This document shows, piece after piece, positions 22,551-34,100 of a stretch of 64,000 bases of DNA. How positions within the stretch are numbered: position 1 is the stretch's first letter; the number at the start of each line of letters is the position of its first letter. Made by a program: the position numbers and the translations under genes. Origin of the DNA: Macrostomum hystrix (Eukaryota; Animalia; Platyhelminthes); NCBI GenBank assembly GCA_950097015.1, contig CATNEN010000001.1:11532001-11596000 (forward strand), in the 5' to 3' direction. The notes under the pieces are model-generated. The model had not been told where the DNA came from. It did no database searches and saw only the letters and a list, made by a program, of their open reading frames with translations.

Positions 22551-25500
22551 AGATGACATCATGCGCATTGCGTTGCGTAAAAGTGTGGGTCCACAGTTTC
22601 GTAATAAGTTAAAAAGACCTGATTTCGCAAAAATCTTTAAAAGAAGAAAATACCAAATAGGTAACTAAAAAGCCTTTTGAAACTGAATAAAAAATGCACA
22701 TAAAAATGCTATTTTGTAACGTAAAAAGTCTTGCGTCCTGCAAAAATCTTCTATGGTGACTTTTTGGAGCCGTGAAGTGAAAAAACGTGCACATTTTTAA
22801 AGCTCTTGAACTTACTTTTTGAGTGGAAATTTTGAAAATCAGCACTTTATAAATTGTATAACAAAATATAATTGAATAAAGAAATAAGTTGCTTCAAAAA
22901 CTGAATTAAAATAATTTTTAAATAATCAAATTGTACATTTCAGTCGTTCTGTTTCATATGGTTTCTACAAGAAAATCAAATTCAAATCGGCTATGTTAAC
23001 AGTAGCATTCGAAATTTTTGTCGTACGGCAAATTTGACATAAAAATTTCAAAGCAACTTAACCAAGCAATCACTATCTAAATCTGAATTTTTTTCAAGCC
23101 TTTAATCTGTAGCTATTATATTCGCTTTTTACTCTATATATTAGTATCCTACCTTATAAATACTTGTTTTACAATATATTGTATTCTACAAGTACAACTA
23201 CAAGTTTTACTTGTAAATAATTCAATTGTTACATAGGCCTATTTTACATTGTAAGTGTAAGCTTATAGTTTTCTTTTAAATACTAACTGATGTATAGTAT
23301 TTGAATAATATTTTATTATTCAAACATTCTTTACTTTTATAAGGCGTAGATAATTAAGCAGAAGTGTTTATGTATTAAACAAGATTCTTAGCAGTTTAAT
23401 GCAATAATGCAGTTTTTAGATTGATAGTTGCTGAATTTTTACCAAACCAAAGCTCTTGGAATGCACCCTTTGCATTTTTGCAATTAATTGCCTTTTGGCG
23501 ATTTATAGTGCAATTTGGGCTGCAATGGCTGCAGAATTATTATAAGCAAAGCACTTACAAAACAAACCATTTGCCTGTTTGGCAATTAACTGCCTTTAGG
23601 CAATAACTACTGTGAGATTAGTTAAATGCTCAATGCTTTTTGTTTTAGGCATGGCAGTACTTTTCTCTCAACATTGATTTGGATATTGATTGATTGATTT
23701 GATTTGTTTTGCATTTTTAAAGCTACTATGTCTAATTATGGACTTAGCTAAATAATTAGCCTAGGCCTAGGCCCTACCTAATGTTGGGTAACTTGTATTG
23801 AATGGCAAAGCATTTCACTGCAAAGGCATATCTTGTGATTTCACATGGGTGTTAAAATATACATTTAAAATGCTTAATTTATTGGAAAATCTCATTTTAA
23901 TATAAAGACACAGTGAACAGAATCCGAGTATTAAAAAGTTTTTAAAACCTAACTATGTTGTTAATTATAAGACTTTTTTTACAGAAATTTTCAATTTATT
24001 AAGGTAGCATGTTCACTTTCAACTTTGTAAATTTATTACCATTGTTAGCTATTCTACTTAGCCCATTTGTAGAATAACTAATAAACAATATTTAGTTTTT
24101 TTAATCTAATTTTAAATATATAAATTATTATTTAGTATTTTTCTACCAATAGCATAAATTGTATTGTTCAGATTTTCTTTTTAGAATTCCTAACCCAAAT
24201 ATACAGAATGTCCAAGATTTTCTATTATGAGTATTATTTATTGGACTTTAGTATATGATGTTAATTCATGTGGCTCACTTTGATTTTTAAGTCTATTTAA
24301 TAGAACTTTGTGATAAAAAATTAATGAATGGTAAATTATAATTAATTAGTCACACAGGACATCTGTAACTAAAAAAACTTAGCATCTAAGTAGTTTGCAA
24401 TATTTTAGCATTTTTAGGGTCTTTTGTGTTGCAAAACTGTTTGCTTTCTACAGTATTTGGTTTAGGGCTGCATCTATAATTGGAAACAATAAGCTTCTGG
24501 ATATCTACATTTCAGGCTTCAAAACATTATTATTTTTTATCGGCGGCAAAACTATAAGACACAGCTCAAATACTACAGTGGCAGTGGCAGAGGTCGCAGC
24601 GGTGGCAGTGATCGCGGATGTGGCAGAGGCGGAGGCACTTGCTTTTGCAACAAAGGGGCGGCTACTGCTAGCGTGGCGAGTGATTTTTGCAACCCAAACC
24701 AAGGGGCGGCTGTTACGATCGCTAACAATATTGAGAGGGGGCTGGTCGGGAAGTCCAGTAGCTGCTGCTGCAGCTGACTGCTAAACCGGGCTTCATCTCG
24801 CTGCTTTTATATATTTTTTGTTAATTAAAAGTAAAGTACTTGTCTTCGTTCCTCGAACCCAGTTTCTGTTTAAGGCAGTGTTTTCACAGTGTACTCTTTG
24901 AGCACTCTTAAGTACTCGTACTCTGGTACTCTTTAAGGGCGTAGCAATAGAGTACTCTGGTATTCATTTAAAGTGCGTACTTTGAAGTGGGCGAGTACTT
25001 TTTAAAGTGCAATGCATTTCAGTCTGTCATCATCAATCCTAATTTTGTACTATATGAAAGTGTCAATAATCGCTGGTACATTAGTACATTCCCGCAACGT
25101 AAAATTAGTAGATTTATTATATGCATTTTAAAGATACGTTGCTTAGGAAATAACAGATGTTATCAGTCCCATTAATTATACCCTATGTACTGAAGTAACA
25201 CAACATAATATATATAGTAACGTGGCTTGATGGCACCGCTCATGTGTGTGTCTGCCCATTCGTGTTGTTGCATGTACAAAACAAGTGCTGTTTGGATAAA
25301 TCTTTCCTTTAATTATGTTTTACGTTTTTTGACAGATGGGCATTGATAAATAGGTAGATAGATCTCCTACTGTCTCTCTCACTCTCCGATTCTCCGCGCT
25401 CCCTCCCGCTGTTTTAATTTTGTTTATTTTGTTCCCTAATAAAAACAAAAATTCAGCCTCTCCCTCCATATGTGGATCCCACATTCGGCTGTCAGTCAGT

Positions 25501-26736
25501 CAAGGAGATATTAGCGCTCATCAAGATTTTGATACAGGAGTCAATGATGCAGTAGTCTGCTCTATTAAAGTGCTTCAGTGAGTATCCTCAGTACAAAGGC
25601 CGCTAATGAATATTTATTAAGTTTTTTGTTCATTTTATTGGGTGACATGATCAGAAATAAAAAATAATTTCGAAATATTGAGCAATTAATGCACTTCGAC
25701 CTGCTAAGGTGGCACACCTTCAATCTAGTTTGTAGGAGATAGGTGCACTGCTTATTACGAGTATCTATGGTACCATGCACTAAACGGTATAAGGAAATGA
25801 AATAAGCTGCGTTTATTTGACAAAAATGTATAAACTGAAATACTATGACTACTAAGGCAAGCACATGCTGTACATATGATAGAAGCTGACGAGCGAAAAC
25901 ATCGTGTTTAGTAATTTTATTAAACTATAAATTGTGCGTTTTCGTTAGGCTAATTACTGTGCAATTTATTGTATATATTTGCAGTTCTTTAAAGGAACTA
26001 CTTTAAATTTAAGTGAGAATAAAAGCTGTAGATTACATATATTCATATCATATTTATAACATAGGAGACATCGATCAGATGCTGCTGGACTACTGCCTGG
26101 GGAGCTACGTAAACGGCATGCAGAACCCATTTGGCACTTCATGACTCTTCTGCATCAACCGACAGATCGGCTATACGCCGCGGCAAAGGATGAACTGCCA
26201 CTTTGTTTTCAACTTTTGACGCTGAAATTCAGGCGCTCGGACTCAGCCCCCAGTCCACTGCGACCTGACCATCCCGGCTGCATTTGCGTACGCGTCCGCC
26301 CAAAATCCATGTCTTCTGATTAATACGATTATGATTACTCAGCTCGTAGTTATATAATAAATAATATAAATCGTACAACTGTAGAAGGTAAATTAAACTT
26401 CACTCCACTCCTGTAACAGATTGGTGAACTGTAGCAACACAGAGTTAAGTGTATCGTTAAAGTACACAAATTGTTCCGATGGAACCGCTATGCTACAGCG
26501 GTTAGAGCGCTATGCTCGCTCTATAGTAGCGAAGAGAATGTATTCAATAAAAAACTGTGAAAACAGTACACAGTACACTGAAGTGTGAATAAGCCCAACT
26601 ATGCAGTCTATTTTCTTGCTCCAAGAAACTTTGAGATTACTCAGACCCAGAAATTTTCGCTTTCAACACAATAGGCCTTCATATATAGATAAACACTTAA
26701 ACTGTTAAATGATGAAACAGTTTAGCTTTAACTGGA

Positions 26737-27885
26737 ATGCAAGCAAGTTTGACAATCACAACTCCAAGCGACTGCTACAAACTGATATCTTATGCTGTTT
26801 TGCAATCCAGACTAGCGGAAAAGTTGGTTGACATTCTCAAAGAAAGAACCGATGAATGCAGAAAGGTAAATCACCCGAATTCGCATGTTAAGCTACCCAA
26901 TCTATTCGGTCGTTGGCTGATGTGGATGCAACACACCTGCCATCAGAGCCAGTTCAGTGCCAGGTATCCTTTGTTTCCACGGTCGGTTGGCATGGAGGAA
27001 AACAAAGCTGAGTTGGTCCGGCTTCTAAATGAGCACTTGGTTGACATGTCATCGGAGATGATGGCGGCGTTAGTCGATGAGATAGTCGATGTCATCGAGC
27101 AGTTTCTCGAGGATGACATGAATATTGACAATCAAGAACCGGAAGCAATGCTACCAGAGTATGAAGTCGAGCATAAAAATGTGTTCTGTGGAGGCTTCCA
27201 GATACCGATTCGTGCTCGTTTGAGGTTTCTTGCTAAACAGTTCGGTCAGATGCACACTGTCCTGGCCTATCTGAAGTACAAACCACTAAGTCTGTTCAAG
27301 GGCGGTGAGGTTGGGACTAGCATCACATTCTTCAACACCCTGTACGACATCGGACAGGCGACCTTTGAAGGTTTTGCTTCGCCGATGAACTGTCGCCTGC
27401 TCGGCCGCCCGGGCGTCCGCTTCTGCAGCCTGTTCGAGGACACGGACGCTGCATTCGGCAGTCTGGGCAATTTCTTCCGCATCCGCCTGACCGACTATCC
27501 CGGAGGCTGGATTCTCAGCCCGCCGTTTGTGGAGCCCGTGCTGAACGACACCGCTGACAAGGTCGAGAACGTCCTTGCCAGCACCCAACCGGGCAGCTTC
27601 TGGTTCTTCGTCACGTTCCCGCAGTGGCCTGACAACCGTGGCTGGCAGACTCTGAATGAGCTGCAGACGGCCAGAATTGATTTCCAGCCAAAAGAATTCG
27701 TCTGTCAAGATGAATTGGGGAAAATAATCTTGACGAATTACGCAATCAGTGTCTTCATTCTTGGTCGCCTGCCGGAGGACGTAGACCTGTTAGCCCTAAG
27801 GGAACGACTGAGCGTCACTGACGAGTCGGTTATCGCTCAGCAATGGCTGGAGGCCTGCAAATGCAAGTCCTATATTCGAGCTTAA
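26737..27885 (+). CDS. intronless PCIF1/CAPAM-like SAM-dependent amino-methyltransferase (no WW domain, SPPF motif)
   Basis: FEGFASPMN, FCSLFEDTDAAFGSLGNFF, LSPPFVE and FFVTFPQW align with PCIF1 FECFASPLN, YCSAFPDTDGYFGSRG, ANPPFCE and FIVFIPEW (recalled); uninterrupted 382-aa ORF. Confidence 0.8.
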   Translation: MQASLTITTPSDCYKLISYAVLQSRLAEKLVDILKERTDECRKVNHPNSHVKLPNLFGRWLMWMQHTCHQSQFSARYPLFPRSVGMEENKAELVRLLNEHLVDMSSEMMAALVDEIVDVIEQFLEDDMNIDNQEPEAMLPEYEVEHKNVFCGGFQIPIRARLRFLAKQFGQMHTVLAYLKYKPLSLFKGGEVGTSITFFNTLYDIGQATFEGFASPMNCRLLGRPGVRFCSLFEDTDAAFGSLGNFFRIRLTDYPGGWILSPPFVEPVLNDTADKVENVLASTQPGSFWFFVTFPQWPDNRGWQTLNELQTARIDFQPKEFVCQDELGKIILTNYAISVFILGRLPEDVDLLALRERLSVTDESVIAQQWLEACKCKSYIRA

Positions 27886-29789
27886 CATTTTCGACGCCTT
27901 AGAGTGAATGACGATGAAAACTGCTATTGTACGAGCTATACACTGCCAAGCAGAAAGAACATTTTAACACCCTCAAATTTTTCAACCAAAACATTCCTGG
28001 TTACGCACTGTAAGTTAAGTTGTGCTGCAGTTGTTGTGAGCTGCGTCTCACAATGACCTTGCTCCGACCCCTGCGTCTCTTAACCCTTCCACCCCGGCCA
28101 CCTGCTCAATCCAGTTCTGCCCGGCCCCGGCTTAGGCCACCCTCCTTTATCGTTGTTTGTCGCTCGCCCATTGGCTGCCCCCTGCGCCGTCTTCGCTAGT
28201 CCAATCAGGCCTCTCGCCAAGGAGACTTCTGATTGGCTAGCCGGCCTCCTTCTCTCTCTCTCGGCTCACAGCCTTGGGTGTTTGCTCCCACCCCAGCCCT
28301 GCGTGGCTTAGCCCTACCCCGTCCAGCCCTATGCCCCACCCCACGCTGTTCTTTATTAGCGCGCGCTGCCCATGGCCAGCCCCGCGCCGCCCGAGTACTA
28401 TTTTGAGAACGCTGCCCTGAGTTAGAAGCGAACAATCCATACAATAATAAACTACGCAGCCTGAGCTACACTAATTGCCATGAGTGCAGCGTTCGATCCC
28501 TCCCGGTAAGAAAAGCATTAACGAGTTATCTATTTGTCCGTGCTCAAACCTTGTTCCTCTGCCCGACCTCTGTTGCTGCCAAAAGCTCATCATCATCATC
28601 CTTCTCCTCCAGAGTCTTCCCTCGAGTCTGCGAAGCGTCGGTACGCCTCCAAACCGTCATCCACCTCTCTCTGGAGCTGTCGAGTGGCTACCCGCTCGCA
28701 GTCAAAGCCTTCACGCATCCTTCTGTGCCGGGCTTAGCGAGTGTCGGTACGCTCCAAGCCCATCCCGTCTCTCCTCGGTGTCTGAGCGCCTCGAGGGTCG
28801 CTGCTTCCCATCCCTTCTCCCCCGGCAAGCTTTGGGCGGTCCGTACCCGAACCCCTTACAACACAGTGATAAAGTTGTTATTAGACTCGTTTTTAACAAA
28901 GCGAAAGTACATTTTTAATAGAGTTTCCTAAGCACTTCAGTCCTATAACACTCGTATACCGATTGATATTTTATCTAAACGTTTTGAAAAGAAATTAAGC
29001 AAGACAAATTAGAATGAATGAAGATTGCATCATTGCAAAAGACAGAACGACGCAGATAAAATGAGAAGAGGGTCTAGGTCTGTACTTAAAAAGCTGGCGT
29101 TATGTTCAAACTTGAGGACTGAAATTTACACTGTCGAGATACGACCTGTCATTGTAGAGAACAGTACAGGGCGTTGAGGTGCATATTACTGGTCTGCTTT
29201 TATGCTTCGTCTTTGCGCCTTGCTCCCAGCTTTAAGCAAAAGCTTTATCCAGCACGAGTAAAGGCTAATGAAATCAGTGCAATGCCTATTTTTAACGAGA
29301 GAGATGTACAGTGCCTCAGACTTATGATGAAGGTTATACATTTCCAAGAAAATAGAGAATATAACAAACGCATAGTTCACGAAAGCGTGAACCATGCTTC
29401 GCTTCACGTAATGTTGCTAATTTCACAGCCACTTCAAGAATTGCTGCAAAGTAAGGTCAAATTATTTATTTTGTTTTTTTCGCTAGTGGCAAAAGGCCTT
29501 TGCTTGTCATTATACTGCCATCAGTAGTGATAAATCATGCTAAAGATAAAAAATTCACTTTAGCAGACAAACAACTGAACTACATAAACCACATGAGAAT
29601 CCGAAAAATGATTGCATTGGGAAAAGAGCAATGTCATTTTGAACAAAAACAAAGTTGCTGTGTTCAAAGTTCAAATCACCAGTAATATGAAACTCATCCA
29701 AATACGCAAGTCTGCAATCTTAATGGGTGAGTTTCATATTCTCATGGGTTAGTTCTTCACTTCCTTATTCGCATTCTCTCATGCAATCC

Positions 29790-31180
29790 CATCACTTCTC
29801 TCCCTGATCCCATCCTCTCTCCTGATCCCATCATCTCTCCTGATCCCATCCTCTCTCTTCTGATCCCATCCTCTCTCCCTGATCCCATCCTCTCTCTTCT
29901 GATCCAATCCTCTCTCTCCTGATCCCATCCTCTCTCTCCTGATCCCATCCTCTCTCTCCCTGATCCCATCCTCTCTCTTCTGATCCAATCCTCTCTCTCC
30001 TGATCCCATCCTCTCTCTTCTGATCCAATCCTCTCTCTCCTGATCCCATCCTCTCTCTCCCTGATCCCATCCTCTCTCTCCTGATCCCATCCTCTCTCTC
30101 CCTGATCCCATCCTCTCTCTTCTGATCCCATCCTCTCTCTCCTGATCCCATCCTCTCTCTCCCTGATCCAATCCTCTCTCTCCTGATCCCATCCTCTCTC
30201 TCCTGATCCCATCCTCTCTCTCCCTGATCCCATCCTCTCTCTCCTGATCCCATCCTCTCTCTCCCTGATCCCATCCTCTCTCTCCCTGATCCCATCCTCT
30301 CTCTTCTGATCCAATCCTCTCTCTCCTGATCCCATCCTCTCTCTTCTGATCCCATCCTCTCTCTCCTGATCCCATCCTCTCTCTCCCTGATCCCATCCTC
30401 TCTCTCCTGATCCCATCCTCTCTCTCCTGATCCCATCCTCTCTCTTCTGATCCCATCCTCTCTCCCTGATCCCATCCTCTCTCTTCTGATCCAATCCTCT
30501 CTCTCCTGATCCCATCCTCTCTCTCCTGATCCCATCCTCTCTCTCCCTGATCCCATCCTCTCTCTTCTGATCCAATCCTCTCTCTCCTGATCCCATCCTC
30601 TCTCTTCTGATCCAATCCTCTCTCTCCTGATCCCATCCTCTCTCTCCCTGATCCCATCCTCTCTCTCCTGATCCCATCCTCTCTCTCCCTGATCCCATCC
30701 TCTCTCTTCTGATCCCATCCTCTCTCTCCTGATCCCATCCTCTCTCTCCCTGATCCAATCCTCTCTCTCCTGATCCCATCCTCTCTCTCCTGATCCCATC
30801 CTCTCTCTCCCTGATCCCATCCTCTCTCTCCTGATCCCATCCTCTCTCTCCCTGATCCCATCCTCTCTCTCCCTGATCCCATCCTCTCTCTTCTGATCCA
30901 ATCCTCTCTCTCCTGATCCCATCCTCTCTCTTCTGATCCCATCCTCTCTCTCCTGATCCCATCCTCTCTCTCCCTGATCCCATCCTCTCTCTCCTGATCC
31001 CATCCTCTCTCTCCTGATCCCATCCTCTCACTCCCTGATCCCATACTCTCTCTCCTGATCCCATCCTCTCTCTTCTGATCCAATCCTCTCTCTCTTGATC
31101 CCATCCTCTCTCTCCCAATCTATTCCTCTCTCCTGATCCCATCATATCTCTTCTGATCCCATCCTCTCTCCTGATCCCAT
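29790..31180 (-). repeat. 20/21-bp satellite (TCCTCTCTCTCCTGATCCCA), pyrimidine-rich arm
   Basis: tandem units; reverse complement of the GATGGGATCAGGAGAGAGAG variant in the next array. Confidence 0.97.
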
Positions 31181-34100
31181 TGAGAGAGATGATGGGATTG
31201 CGTAGGAGAAAATGAGATTGTGTAGGAGAGGATGGGATTGTGTAGGAGAGGATGTGATTGTGTAGGAGAGGATGGGATCAGGAGAGAGAGGATGGGATCA
31301 GGAGAGAGAGTATGGGATCAGGAGAGAGAGTATGGGATCAGGAGAGAGAGGATGGGATCAGGAGAGAGAGGATGGGATCAGGAGAGAGAGGATGGGATCA
31401 GGAGAGAGAGGATGGGGTTTTGTAGGAGAGGATGGGATTGTGCAGGAGAGGATGGGATTGTGCAGGAGAGGATGGGAATGTGTAGGAGAGGATGGGATTG
31501 TGTAGGAGAGGATGGGATTGTGTAGGAGAGGATGGGATCGTGTAGGAGAGGATGGGATTACGTAGAAGATGGGGTTGTGTAGGAGAAGATGGGATTGTGC
31601 AGGAGAGGATGGGATTGTGCAGGAGAGGATGGGATTGTGCAGGAGAGGATGGGAATGTGTAGGAGAGGATGGGATTGTCTAAGAGAGGATGGAATTGTGT
31701 AGGAGAGGATGGAATTGTGCAGGAGAGGATGGGTTTGTTTTGGAGAGGATGGGATTGTGTAGGAGAGGATGGGATTGTGTAGGAGAGGATGGGATTGTGC
31801 AGGAGAGGATGGGAATGTGTAGGAGAGGATGGGATTGTGTAAGAGAGGATGGAATTGTGTAGGAGAGGATGCGATTGTGCAGGAGAGGATGGGTTTGTTT
31901 TGGAGAGGATGGGATCGTGTAGGAGAGGATGGGATTACGTAGAAGATGGGGTTGTGTAGGAGAGGATGGGATTGTGCAGGAGAGGATGGGATTGTGCAGG
32001 AGAGGATGGGAATGTGTAGGAGAGGATGGGATTGTGTAGGAGAGGATGGAATTGTGTAGGAGAGGATGGGATTGTTTTGGAGAGGATGGGATTGTGTAGG
32101 AGAGGATGGGATTGTGCAGGAGAGGATGGGAATGTGTAGGAGAGGATGGGATTGTGTAGGAGAGGATGGAATTGTGTAGGAGAGGATGGGATTGTTTTGG
32201 AGAGGATGGGATTGTGTAGGAGAGGATGGGATTGTGCAGGAGAGGATGGGATTGTGTAAGAGAGGATGGGATTGTGCAGGAGAGGATGGGATAGTGTAGG
32301 AGAGGATGGAATTGTGTAGGAGAGGATGGGATTGTTTTGGAGAGGATGGGATTGTTTTGGAGAGGATGGGATTGTGTAGGAGAGGATGGGATTGTGTAGG
32401 AGAGGATGGGATTGTGCAGGAGAGGATGGGTTTGTTTTGGAGAGGATGGGATTGTGTAAGAGAGGATGGAATTGTGTAGGAGAGGATGGGATTGTGCAGG
32501 AGAGAATAGGTTTGTTTTGGAGAGGATGGGATCGTGTAGGAGAGGATGGGATTACGTAGAAGATGGGGTTGTGTAGGAGAGGATGGGATTGTGCAGGAGA
32601 GGATGGGATTGTGTAGGAGAGGATGGGATTGTGCAGGAGAGGATGGGAATGTGTAGGAGAGGATGGGATTGTGTAAGAGAGGATGGAATTGTGTAGGAGA
32701 GGATGGGATTGTGCAGGAGAGGATGGGTTTGTTTTGGAGAGGATGGGATTGTGTAGGAGAGGATGGGATTGTGTAGGAGAGGATGGGATTGTGCAGGAGA
32801 GGATGGGATTGTGCAGGAGAGGATGGGTTTGTTTTGGAGAGGATGGGATTGTGTAGGAGAGGATGGGATTGTGTAGGAGAGGATGGGATTGTGCAGGAGA
32901 GGATGGGATTGTGTAGGAGAGGATGGAATTGTGTAGGAGAGGATGGGATTGTGCAGGAGAGGATGGGTTTGTTTTGGAGAGGATGGGATTGTGTAGGAGA
33001 GGATGGGATTGTGTAGGAGAGGATGGGATTGTGCAGGAGAGGATGGTAATGTGTAGGAGAGGATGGGATTGTGTAAGAGAGGATGGAATTGTGTAGGAGA
33101 GGATGCGATTGTGCAGGAGAGGATGGGTTTGTTTTGGAGAGGATGGGATTGTGTAGGAGAGGATGGGATTGTGTAGGAGAGGATGGGATCAGGAGAGAGA
33201 GTATGGGATCAGGAGAGAGAGTATGGGATCAGGAGAGAGAGGATGGGATCAGGAGAGAGAGGATGGGATCAGGAGAGAGAGGATGGGGTTTTGTAGGAGA
33301 GGATGGGATTGTGCAGGAGAGGATGGGATTGTGCAGGAGAGGATGGGAATGTGTAGGAGAGGATGGGATTGTGTAGGAGAGGATGGGATTGTGTAGGAGA
33401 GGATGGGATCGTGTAGGAGAGGATGGGATTACGTAGAAGATGGGGTTGTGTAGGAGAAGATGGGATTGTGCAGGAGAGGATGGGATTGTGCAGGAGAGGA
33501 TGGGATTGTGCAGGAGAGGATGGGAATGTGTAGGAGAGGATGGGATTGTCTAAGAGAGGATGGAATTGTGTAGGAGAGGATGGGATTGTGCAGGAGAGGA
33601 TGGGTTTGTTTTGGAGAGGATGGGATTGTGTAGGAGAGGATGGGATTGTGTAGGAGAGGATGGGATTGTGCAGGAGAGGATGGGAATGTGTAGGAGAGGA
33701 TGGGATTGTGTAAGAGAGGATGGAATTGTGTAGGAGAGGATGCGATTGTGCAGGAGAGGATGGGTTTGTTTTGGAGAGGATGGGATCGTGTAGGAGAGGA
33801 TGGGATTACGTAGAAGATGGGGTTGTGTAGGAGAGGATGGGATTGTGCAGGAGAGGATGGGATTGTGCAGGAGAGGATGGGAATGTGTAGGAGAGGATGG
33901 GATTGTGTAGGAGAGGATGGAATTGTGTAGGAGAGGATGGGATTGTTTTGGAGAGGATGGGATTGTGTAGGAGAGGATGGGATTGTGCAGGAGAGGATGG
34001 GATTGTGTAAGAGAGGATGGGATTGTGCAGGAGAGGATGGGATAGTGTAGGAGAGGATGGAATTGTGTAGGAGAGGATGGGATTGTTTTGGAGAGGATGG

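Noticed and set aside
24505-24796. upstream exon of the TOX4-like gene
   Set aside because: GC-richer Ala/Ser-rich open stretch with a possible acceptor, but no homology or convincing donor; unsupported
28040-28931. coding gene or DIRS terminus
   Set aside because: GC-rich with degenerate direct repeats and short overlapping ORFs, but no recognisable motif or termini
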